Virus record (IMG/VR): IMGVR_UViG_3300032076_000047
Span: 1-24,110 of that record
DNA from: a virus
Lineage: Duplodnaviria; Caudoviricetes
Reading direction: 5' to 3' (one strand)
DNA length: 24,110 nucleotides
Of this stretch, positions 16,635 through 24,110 are shown in pieces. Every line of letters begins with the position of its first letter. Positions within the stretch are counted from its first letter, which is position 1. A program made the position numbers and the translations under genes. The notes under the pieces were generated by a model that worked only from the letters and a program-made list of their open reading frames with translations, ran no database searches and was not told the DNA's origin.

Positions 16635-16827
16635 AGAAATCCTCGAACGGGCCCTAGAAGAAGAAATCGGCCTGGACGTGGAGATAACCAACGCGCCTCA
16701 GTTTCAGACCAACATCGCCGGTTGGCGAGAGAAGTATGGCCATGGGCGATATGACTCGCTCATGGTCTGCTTGCCCGGTATCCCAAATCACGTCTACATC
16801 GTGAAGAAATCAGTGGAGCTGGAATGA
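16624..16827 (+). CDS. Hypothetical protein
   Basis: GTG start with GGAG. Confidence 0.6.
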   Translation: MNYEEILERALEEEIGLDVEITNAPQFQTNIAGWREKYGHGRYDSLMVCLPGIPNHVYIVKKSVELE

Positions 16828-17054
16828 GCGACATAGATGAACTTATGGACAGGAATGCGCTGGAAATGGCCCCAAGGGACATTGACCGGATCATTCAGCT
16901 AAACCGAGAGGCCCGGGAAGCCCGAGCGAAGGGGATCAAGCCGGTCAAGACTAGCGGACCGAAGATCGACCTGTCGACCCTGGTGAAGGCGCTGGTTAAG
17001 GACAAGAAACCGGCGTCAACGCCATCGGCCGGCATAGGTAGGAGGGGGTTATGA
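16824..17054 (+). CDS. Hypothetical protein
   Basis: ATGA-coupled at both ends. Confidence 0.65.
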   Translation: MSDIDELMDRNALEMAPRDIDRIIQLNREAREARAKGIKPVKTSGPKIDLSTLVKALVKDKKPASTPSAGIGRRGL

Positions 17055-18052
17055 GCGCAGATCAAATTCTCGATGAGGTTTTCGTTGCTCAGAAGACGGA
17101 GATGATCGACGAAGCCCCTTCGTTGTATATCGAAGGGACGGATGTTCAATACGCCTGGGACTCCACGAGCCTGGGGGACTTTAAACGGTGTCCCAGGTTC
17201 TACCAGCTGCACAGAAAGGAAGGCTGGACGGCGAAGAGCGAGAGCGTGGACTTGAGGTTTGGGAGTGAGTATCACCAAGCCCTACAAGAATATGACTGCT
17301 CGCTAGCGAATGGGGTGAAACATGAAGATGCCATCCACGACGTTATACGGGAGCTACTCATTAGGACTGAAGATTTTCGGCCAGACCCCGATACTCGGGC
17401 AGGCAAATATAAATCCCGACGAAATCTTGTTCAACTTACTGTCGACTATCTCGACTTCTTCGGGCCCAACGACCCGGCGAAGACAGCCATGCTGGAGAGT
17501 GGAAGACCCGCCGTTGAACTATCTTTTCGGTTCGAACTCGATTGGGGACCATCGGCCGGAAATCGACCATATATACTCTGTGGCCACATTGATCGGATTG
17601 TGGAGTTTAACGACCAGCTTCTCGCTACAGACCGAAAAACCACAACAAGGACCCTAGGCCCGTATTTCTTCAAGCAGTTCGAGCCGAATAATCAGATGAC
17701 GCTATACACTCTGGCGGGTCAGATCATCACCGGCACACCGATTAAAGGGGTGATGATCGATGCTGCGCAGGTGTTGCTGGAGGAACCGAACAGGTTTGTT
17801 CGGGGGTTGACTTATCGGTCGCCGGAGCAATTGGAAGAATGGCTAAACGATTTGAAGATCACACTAAAGCAGGCCGAAGCTTGCGCGGAAGAAGGCTATT
17901 GGCCGATGAACGACACCGCTTGCGACAAATACGGAGGTTGTCCGTTCCGGGAGGTTTGTTCGAAATCACCTTCGGTCCGGGGTATGTATCTGAAGTCAGA
18001 CTTTGTGCAACTGCCAACGGAGGACAGATGGAACCCGCTGAAACCACGATGA
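17051..18052 (+). CDS. PD-(D/E)XK exonuclease (RecB/Cas4-like, probable Fe-S cluster)
   Basis: N-terminal FKRCPR, GSEYH, E.SF, GHIDRI, DRKTT, QMTLY and C-terminal C..YGGCPFREVC (1+3 Cys). Confidence 0.88.
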   Translation: MSADQILDEVFVAQKTEMIDEAPSLYIEGTDVQYAWDSTSLGDFKRCPRFYQLHRKEGWTAKSESVDLRFGSEYHQALQEYDCSLANGVKHEDAIHDVIRELLIRTEDFRPDPDTRAGKYKSRRNLVQLTVDYLDFFGPNDPAKTAMLESGRPAVELSFRFELDWGPSAGNRPYILCGHIDRIVEFNDQLLATDRKTTTRTLGPYFFKQFEPNNQMTLYTLAGQIITGTPIKGVMIDAAQVLLEEPNRFVRGLTYRSPEQLEEWLNDLKITLKQAEACAEEGYWPMNDTACDKYGGCPFREVCSKSPSVRGMYLKSDFVQLPTEDRWNPLKPR

Positions 18053-18264
18053 AGGATGAGGATATAATCGGCTACGTCACCGACGAAGCCAATGTGTTCT
18101 TCGACGCGCAGGCTAGGAGATGCCTCGCGGAACTTATCAGGAGATATCGCCATGCCCTCTCTAGTCGACCATCAGAGCAACAAGTTCATCAAAATCCTCC
18201 TGATCGGGAACGCAATGTCGGGAAAGACGGGGAGCCTGACAAGTCTAGTGAAGGCGGGGTATAG
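18049..18264 (+). CDS. Possible small hypothetical protein
   Basis: ATGA overlap with the exonuclease stop; fills the gap but overlaps the next gene by ~110 nt. Confidence 0.3.
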   Translation: MKDEDIIGYVTDEANVFFDAQARRCLAELIRRYRHALSSRPSEQQVHQNPPDRERNVGKDGEPDKSSEGGV

Positions 18265-18982
18265 GCTGAGGATACTTGATCTGGACAATAAGCTGGATGT
18301 CTTAAAGTATTTCGTCCAGCATATTTGCCCGGAAAAGGCCGGGAGTGTGGAGTATCGGACGATCAGGGATAAGTATAAATCCACTCCTGGCGGCCCGATG
18401 ATCGATGGGAAGCCAAAGGCCTGGATCGATGCGGTGAAGATGTGTGACCGCTGGAAGTATGATGACGTGGACCTGGGCCCTCCGAGCGAGTGGGATACTG
18501 ATTGCATCTTGGTCATCGACTCGCTGAGCCGCCTATGTGACGCGGCCTATGACTTTCATGAAAGCATCATGCCGGTCGGGAAGAAGGGGGAGTATGACGG
18601 CCGGGCGGTGTATGGGAACGCGCAGGATGCCGTGGAGAAATTCCTCGACATGCTGACCTCTGACGCAATGGCGGTGAACGTTATCGTCACGGCCCATATT
18701 ACTTTCCAAGAGCAGCCGGACGGAACGACGAAGGGGTTCCCGCAAGGGGTGGGTCAGAAGCTGTCGCCGAAGATCGCGCAAAGGTTCCCATCGGCGGTCT
18801 TGTTTGAGACTAAGCATGACAAGCGCCAGATCAGGACCACGTCGACTCCGCTGATCGACCTAGCCAACCCGGCGCCATTCGCCATGGCCCCGACCCTTCC
18901 GATAGAAACCGGCCTCGCCGATTTCTTCGCCACTCTACGCGATCCTCCGAAGAATGTGGTTCACTTGAAGCGGAGGATTTGA
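18152..18982 (+). CDS. AAA_24/Sak4-like P-loop ATPase (recombination)
   Basis: Start re-called at ATG 18152 (AGGAGA); Walker A GNAMSGKTG, ILDLDN, Walker B LVIDSLS, VTAH; sits between exonuclease and SSB-like gene. Confidence 0.8.
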   Translation: MPSLVDHQSNKFIKILLIGNAMSGKTGSLTSLVKAGYRLRILDLDNKLDVLKYFVQHICPEKAGSVEYRTIRDKYKSTPGGPMIDGKPKAWIDAVKMCDRWKYDDVDLGPPSEWDTDCILVIDSLSRLCDAAYDFHESIMPVGKKGEYDGRAVYGNAQDAVEKFLDMLTSDAMAVNVIVTAHITFQEQPDGTTKGFPQGVGQKLSPKIAQRFPSAVLFETKHDKRQIRTTSTPLIDLANPAPFAMAPTLPIETGLADFFATLRDPPKNVVHLKRRI

Positions 18983-19176
18983 TGGAAAACAAAATCTCCA
19001 TTCAGGACCTGATCAATGTTAGACTGGCCCTGGAGGGTATCGCCAATCCAACCAGGGAGATTGTAGAAGCAAGGCAACACCTAGACAACATCATCCTCCA
19101 ATTCACCAAAGCACTCATCCACCAAAACCCCCAAAGGAACTACCATGATCCAACCACATTTCGCAACGATTCTTGA
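18982..19176 (+). CDS. Hypothetical protein
   Basis: GGAGG RBS, TGATG overlap. Confidence 0.5.
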   Translation: MENKISIQDLINVRLALEGIANPTREIVEARQHLDNIILQFTKALIHQNPQRNYHDPTTFRNDS

Positions 19177-19588
19177 CGAGTCGCCGGATGAAGTTATTCG
19201 GCCGGTTCCGCTAGCGCGTGGGACTTATGAGGCGGTTGTTGCAGGACCGCCGAGGTATGACGAGAGCAGTCAGAAGAAGACCCCATTCGCGGAGTTCACC
19301 CTCCGCGTTATCGCCGCTCTCGACGATGTTCTTCCAGATGAACTCGAAGAGTCCGGGGGTCTGGAAGACCGAACGATCAAGCATACGCTGTATATCACCG
19401 ATCAGGCCAAGTGGCGGATTGATGAGTTCCACGAGGCGTGTGGGATCGACCTCACCGTTCCGGCCACACGGCGGCAGAGGAATGAGGAGTGCGTCAACGC
19501 CAGGGTTAGGATACTGGTAACGCACCGGCCGAGCCAGGACGGAGAGACGGTGTTCGCGCAAATCGCCAAGGTCATGTCTAGCGACTGA
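19145..19588 (+). CDS. Probable ssDNA-binding protein (DUF669-like)
   Basis: PLARGTYEAVV...SSQKKTPF..FTLRV; follows the Sak4-like ATPase. Confidence 0.65.
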   Translation: MIQPHFATILDESPDEVIRPVPLARGTYEAVVAGPPRYDESSQKKTPFAEFTLRVIAALDDVLPDELEESGGLEDRTIKHTLYITDQAKWRIDEFHEACGIDLTVPATRRQRNEECVNARVRILVTHRPSQDGETVFAQIAKVMSSD

Positions 19589-19602
19589 TAGAGGAGGCCC
19601 CC

Positions 19603-20709
19603 GTGAAGCCAATTGTGGTCATCGCCGAGGCATACGGCGAACAGGAAGAGAAGTTGAAGGTTCCCTTCGTTGGCAACACGGGGGCCGAATTGTTGCGCAT
19701 GATGATCGAGGCGGAACTAATAGAAGCGACGAGTAGGGATCATGAAGACATACATGCTTATTGGAGCATGGGCGATCCGCATTTACTGAACCGGGTCTGG
19801 AAGAATCATCCTGAGATATACAGGACAAATGTCTTCAACCTCCATCCGCCGGGGAATAAACTGGAACTGCTCTGTGGGCCAAGAGCGGAAGGAATTCCAG
19901 GCTACCCGGCCTTGCTTAAGTCGCTCTACGTCAGACAGGAGTATTCCGGGGAACTCGATCGATTGGCCGATGAGTTGCTTCGAGCGGACCCGAATTTGAT
20001 CATTGCGTTAGGTAACACGCCCTTATGGGCCTTGGCCGGGAAGGCGGGAGGGATCACCAAAATCCGGGGTTACACATTCTCATCAACCCATACCGTGGAA
20101 GGGTTTAAGGTCCTTCCGACTTATCATCCGTCATATATCCTTAGAGGCAAATGGGAAGAGCGGCCGACCGTTATCGCTGACTTCATGAAGGCGAAGCGAC
20201 AGGCCGAGTTTCCGGAGATTAGGAGACCACCGCGTGAAATCTGGATTGAACCAGGGCTCGGAGATATCCGCGAGTTCATTGACCGCTATGTTAAAGGATG
20301 CGACATCCTTTCTGTTGACATTGAGACTTATGGATCACGGATCACTTGCGTGGGCTTTGCTCCCGGAACAGGAGCAGCGATCGTTATTCCATTCGATGAC
20401 GAACGCACAGCTAATGGAAGCTATTGGAAGACTCCAGCGGACGAAAAAGCATGCTGGAGAATTATTGGATCAGTGCTTGGAGATCGAGGGATTAAGAAGC
20501 TGTTCCAAAACGGCGCCTATGACATAGCCTTTCTTCTACGGGCCCAAGGGATAAGGACCTATGGGGCCGAGGAGGATAGTATGTTGTTGAGCCATGCGTT
20601 GCAGCCGGAAGCGTTGAAGGGGTTGGGGTATCTTGGAAGCATCTTTTCGGACGAGGGGGAATGGAAGCATCTGAGGAAGAAGCATGAGACGATCAAGAGG
20701 GATGATTAA
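19603..20709 (+). CDS. Uracil-DNA glycosylase (family 4-like) fused to partial 3'-5' exonuclease (N-terminal half of split PolA)
   Basis: IAEAYG..EE....PFVG..G, TNV, IIALGNT, PTYHPSY (UDG motifs), followed by ExoI SVDIET and ExoII QNGAYDI, DSML. Confidence 0.85.
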   Translation: MKPIVVIAEAYGEQEEKLKVPFVGNTGAELLRMMIEAELIEATSRDHEDIHAYWSMGDPHLLNRVWKNHPEIYRTNVFNLHPPGNKLELLCGPRAEGIPGYPALLKSLYVRQEYSGELDRLADELLRADPNLIIALGNTPLWALAGKAGGITKIRGYTFSSTHTVEGFKVLPTYHPSYILRGKWEERPTVIADFMKAKRQAEFPEIRRPPREIWIEPGLGDIREFIDRYVKGCDILSVDIETYGSRITCVGFAPGTGAAIVIPFDDERTANGSYWKTPADEKACWRIIGSVLGDRGIKKLFQNGAYDIAFLLRAQGIRTYGAEEDSMLLSHALQPEALKGLGYLGSIFSDEGEWKHLRKKHETIKRDD

Positions 20710-20710
20710 C

Positions 20711-20908
20711 ATGAACGCGATCATCTATTTCAATTGGGACGAACGAAGAGAAGCGGTGGAGGCTTATAAGGACTGGCTTACAGTTGAGGAGGTTGATGTG
20801 ATCCTCGCCTGTGAGGATGCAAGAGCGGTCTGGCGGATAGTCAAGGCCAAGGAGAGAGTGGAATTGAAAAGGATTTCCCCCTCCGATGAAAATCATAAGA
20901 ACCCATGA
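20711..20908 (+). CDS. Small hypothetical protein between the two polymerase halves
   Basis: ATG 20711, 1 nt after the previous stop, GAGGGA upstream; 65 aa. Confidence 0.5.
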   Translation: MNAIIYFNWDERREAVEAYKDWLTVEEVDVILACEDARAVWRIVKAKERVELKRISPSDENHKNP

Positions 20909-22409
20909 GGCGAACCCGGATACCCTGACCGCGTGGGAAAAGGATCAGGTTTATAACGGCCTCGATTGTTGTGTCACTCTTGAGGCCTTCAACGCGATGG
21001 TCGGCCAGCTCGACAAGGTTACAAGAAGGACGTATGAGTTCAGCAAGGCGCTCCAAGGGCCGGTGTTGGAAATGCGTTGTCGAGGGATAAAGATCGACCA
21101 GTCGAAGAAAGCGGACATTATCGAGGACTTCATGGAGAAGGTTGATCGTTTGGAGCGCCAGCTCGAGCGATTGGCCTTCGAGGGCCTCGGGATGGAGAAG
21201 TTTAATTGGCGAGCGTCGGGCGATGTGCAGTCGATGTTCTACGACTTCCTCGACCTGCCGCCGGTAAGGAAACATGGCCGACCGACCGCTGATGCATCCG
21301 CGAGGGAACATCTTTGGAACTACCAAATCGCTCGGCCATTTCTATCGCACCTAAACATGCTCGCGGATTTAGGGAAGAAGATTTCAGTCCTCAAAACAGG
21401 GATCGATCCAGATGGACGTATTCGAACAAGCTACAACATTGCTGGGACAAATACAGGTCGATTTAGTTCAAGCCTATCAGAATTTGGGACAGGAGGAAAC
21501 CTGCAAAATATTGAGGAAGCTCTCAGAGGTGTCCTTATTGCTGACGGAGGCTGGAAGTTTGGAAAGTTTGACGCAAAGTCAGGAGAGAGTTTTTGCGTCG
21601 GAGCTGTTGAGTGGAACCTATTCAGGGATGATCGATACCTTGAAGCATGCAACTCCGGCGACCCTCATACAGCTGTTGCAAGGCTCGTGTGGCCTACTCT
21701 CGGTTGGACCGGAGACCCAAGTAAGGATCGCGACATCGCCGACCAACCCTTCTATCGTCATCACTCTTACCGGTTCATGTGCAAGAAAATCGGACATGGG
21801 AGCAATTATGGTGGCCAGCCTGACACTATCGCCGAACAGACCCGAATCCCGGTAAGCGCGATTGCGCAGTTTCAGCCGGTTTATTTCCAGGCTTTCCCGG
21901 CGCATAAGAAGTGGCACATACATGTGCAAGAGTCGCTGAGGAAGTTCGGGCATCTGACCACCCTCACCGGCCGAAGACGGTGGTTTTTCAAGCGGAGGAA
22001 TGATCCGAAGACATTCCGCGAGGCCTTGGCCTATGATCCGCAGGGGAGTTTGGCGGATATAGTGAACGCGGCGCTATTGAAACTTTGGCACATGAACATC
22101 TGTCCAGTGGTGATGCACGACCACGATGCACTTACGTTCATGTATCGAGAGAAGGATGAGGCCAAGATTGTCCCTCTGTTGATGGAGCAGCTCATTGTTC
22201 CCATACCCCTAGCGGAGGGCCGAACCCTCCGGATACCGTATGATTGCAGGACTGGATGGAACAAGGGCGAGTATTCCAAGGACAACCCTAATGGCCTCAA
22301 AAACTGGACGGGTAGGGACGAACGGCGACGCGAGAAGGAGATTGACATCATGGATCGAATCGTTTACAGAACGAACAGGAGGCTTAGAAGCGCCAGTAAT
22401 ATGGCGTAA
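20886..22409 (+). CDS. DNA polymerase family A (C-terminal half, begins with ExoIII)
   Basis: YNGLD (ExoIII), TNTGRFSS, NLQNI, motif A FDAKSGE, motif B RFMCKKIGHGSNYG, motif C HDHDAL. Confidence 0.92.
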   Translation: MKIIRTHEANPDTLTAWEKDQVYNGLDCCVTLEAFNAMVGQLDKVTRRTYEFSKALQGPVLEMRCRGIKIDQSKKADIIEDFMEKVDRLERQLERLAFEGLGMEKFNWRASGDVQSMFYDFLDLPPVRKHGRPTADASAREHLWNYQIARPFLSHLNMLADLGKKISVLKTGIDPDGRIRTSYNIAGTNTGRFSSSLSEFGTGGNLQNIEEALRGVLIADGGWKFGKFDAKSGESFCVGAVEWNLFRDDRYLEACNSGDPHTAVARLVWPTLGWTGDPSKDRDIADQPFYRHHSYRFMCKKIGHGSNYGGQPDTIAEQTRIPVSAIAQFQPVYFQAFPAHKKWHIHVQESLRKFGHLTTLTGRRRWFFKRRNDPKTFREALAYDPQGSLADIVNAALLKLWHMNICPVVMHDHDALTFMYREKDEAKIVPLLMEQLIVPIPLAEGRTLRIPYDCRTGWNKGEYSKDNPNGLKNWTGRDERRREKEIDIMDRIVYRTNRRLRSASNMA

Positions 22410-23514
22410 GTGGACAGCGATATCGGTGATCGGGGCGGTGTTGGAGCAGAGGGTTTGGGTCTGGACGACAAGTCCGTTGTATCCAAACCTGTATATAATG
22501 CTTGTCGGCCATCCAGGGACCGGGAAGACCAGGACGGTGAGACTGGCGAAGACCCTGGTCAGCACCTTGCCGGAGTTCCATCTGGCCCCGATTTCAATGA
22601 CCTGGGCGAGTCTAGTCGACACGCTGATAGCGTCGAAGAAATTCATCATCGATCCACCGAGGGAACCGGTGGAGTATAATAGTATGTATATCGCGGCCGA
22701 TGAGATCGGGACCTTCATACATAAGTATGACCCAGAGATGACCGACGGCCTTTCGGCCATGTATGATCCTGATCCCTATTCCCAGGTCCGGCGGACGAAG
22801 GATTTGAAGATCAGGATCAATTCCCCGCAGCTTAGTATGGTCGTTGGGGCCACTCCGCAACGGCTCATGAGCCTTCTGCCAGAGGACGCTTGGGGGCAGG
22901 GGTTCATGAGCCGGGTGATCATGGTGTTCTCGGATGAGCGAATTGTCGGGGATGACTTCGACCCGAAAGCGCAGATTAAGACCGACGATCTAGAACATGA
23001 TCTTCTGTCGATTAGCACCCTTATGGGGCAATTTCATGTAACGCAGGATTATAGGGATTGTATTAACCTCTGGCGGGGCATGGGGGAGAGTCCGGCGCCA
23101 GGGCATCCGAAGCTGACGCATTATAATTCAAGAAGAAAAACGACTGTTTATAAGTTGAGTATGATTTCGGCGGTGGATAAGTCGGACGGGCTGGTGCTAA
23201 CGCGCGAGGATTTTAACCAAGCGATGAGCTGGCTGCACGAGGCCGAGAACTGGATGCCGGAGGTGTTTAAGGCCGGATCGGTCAACTCGGACGGTCAGGC
23301 GATGGAAGAGATAACGCATTATTTGATGATAGCGGACAAGGGGAAGGGGATCACCGAAGGCCAGATTATTCGCTACGCTAGGGACAGGGTTCCGCTACAT
23401 TCGATTGTTAGAGTGATAGAGGTGCTGGAGCGTAGCGGGCAGATATTCTGCATCGGGGTTGACTCAGTCACTGGCATTCGGCGGTATTCCGTCCGCCGGG
23501 AACAGCTTCAATAG
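22291..23514 (+). CDS. DUF3987/YfjI-like P-loop ATPase (probable replicative helicase)
   Basis: YPNLYIMLVGHPGTGKT, ADEIG, GFMSRV; start uncertain (ATG 22291, overlapping the polymerase C-terminus). Confidence 0.75.
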   Translation: MASKTGRVGTNGDARRRLTSWIESFTERTGGLEAPVIWRKWTAISVIGAVLEQRVWVWTTSPLYPNLYIMLVGHPGTGKTRTVRLAKTLVSTLPEFHLAPISMTWASLVDTLIASKKFIIDPPREPVEYNSMYIAADEIGTFIHKYDPEMTDGLSAMYDPDPYSQVRRTKDLKIRINSPQLSMVVGATPQRLMSLLPEDAWGQGFMSRVIMVFSDERIVGDDFDPKAQIKTDDLEHDLLSISTLMGQFHVTQDYRDCINLWRGMGESPAPGHPKLTHYNSRRKTTVYKLSMISAVDKSDGLVLTREDFNQAMSWLHEAENWMPEVFKAGSVNSDGQAMEEITHYLMIADKGKGITEGQIIRYARDRVPLHSIVRVIEVLERSGQIFCIGVDSVTGIRRYSVRREQLQ

Positions 23515-23727
23515 TTCGGCCCTGTTGAGGATTGGAATGCATTTCTCGATCATAACCCGCATATTCTCTCGCTCACCCTTCCGCGTGTCCCGCGCCTGCA
23601 CATAGACCAAAGCCATAAATACAACAGTGATGAGAAGGAACCCGATAAGGATCGGTTGGGACTTCAAGCCCTCAGCGAGGGTAGTGGCTACTTGGCCCGC
23701 GGCCTTAATGGGTTCCTGGTTGGTCAT
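23464..23727 (-). CDS. Single-TM membrane protein (holin/lysis accessory candidate)
   Basis: Hydrophobic PILIGFLLITVVFMALVYV; ATGA overlap with the lysin stop. Confidence 0.55.
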   Translation of the reverse strand: MTNQEPIKAAGQVATTLAEGLKSQPILIGFLLITVVFMALVYVQARDTRKGERENMRVMIEKCIPILNRAELLKLFPADGIPPNASD

Positions 23728-24110
23728 GGCGCGGTAAAGTCCTTCCCGTTGATGGTGATGACTGTTCCGGCAGGAACAGTCAGGGAAATGGCCGATGGGG
23801 CCGAAGGCGTCGGAGGCCCGAACCAGCGGAAGCAGTTGTCCTTGGTTCCGTTGAACATGTTAGTGTCAACGGCCCCGGAAACTCCAGGGCAATTCTTAGG
23901 GCTGGCCCCGGCCTTGCCGTCGGAGTATTGCCAGAGCGACCAGTAGGGCCAAGTGCCAGAGGGCCAACTGACCTCGCCGGTGGTGTATTGCGCGATCCAC
24001 AGAGAGGTTCGGGGTGGGGCGAGATCGCCATCGCACATGCCTTTGAGCTGGTCCTTTAGTAGATGCCCGCCGTAGACGGTTAGCTGCAAATCCGGCCGAA
24101 GAGATTCAAT
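23724..24110 (-). CDS. GH25 muramidase endolysin, C-terminal part (start outside the window)
   Basis: LWIAQY, WSLWQYSD, GVSGAVDTN are GH25 C-terminal motifs; frame open to the window edge. Confidence 0.8.
   Translation of the reverse strand: MESLRPDLQLTVYGGHLLKDQLKGMCDGDLAPPRTSLWIAQYTTGEVSWPSGTWPYWSLWQYSDGKAGASPKNCPGVSGAVDTNMFNGTKDNCFRWFGPPTPSAPSAISLTVPAGTVITINGKDFTAP

Noticed and set aside
17051-18052. Cas4 as spacer-acquisition enzyme for the arrays
   Set aside because: It sits in the ordinary phage exonuclease-ATPase-SSB module behind a separate promoter; nothing in the sequence links it to the arrays.
1-24110. Impression of frequent GGCC and CTAG sites
   Set aside because: Not counted; needs observed/expected tetranucleotide statistics before any claim.

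Overview
Segment of a tailed dsDNA phage genome with BPP-1/APSE-like podovirus gene order. The host is unknown; an alphaproteobacterium is a guess. The left arm (minus strand, 1-5870) is the head/packaging module: scaffold (partial), Bbp19-like protein, portal, TerL, TerS and a GIY-YIG-like ORF. A divergent non-coding switch region (~5900-6560) holds inverted 11-bp iteron-like repeats around an AT-rich core and a sigma70 promoter. The plus strand carries early genes, then a replication/recombination module: SF1 helicase, PD-(D/E)XK exonuclease, AAA ATPase, SSB-like protein, UDG-3'-5' exonuclease fusion, split family A polymerase and DUF3987-like ATPase. Convergent lysis genes close the window. 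The standout is at 11404-13774: a nuclease-less IS110/Nop-domain gene flanked on both sides by arrays of 36-nt dual-repeat units (AGCC-N10-AGAGCACC-N10-AGYG; about 25 + 17 units). This is the architecture of a TIGR-Tas (TasA-type) RNA-guided DNA-targeting system, and it lies in a cassette bounded by two near-identical promoters.
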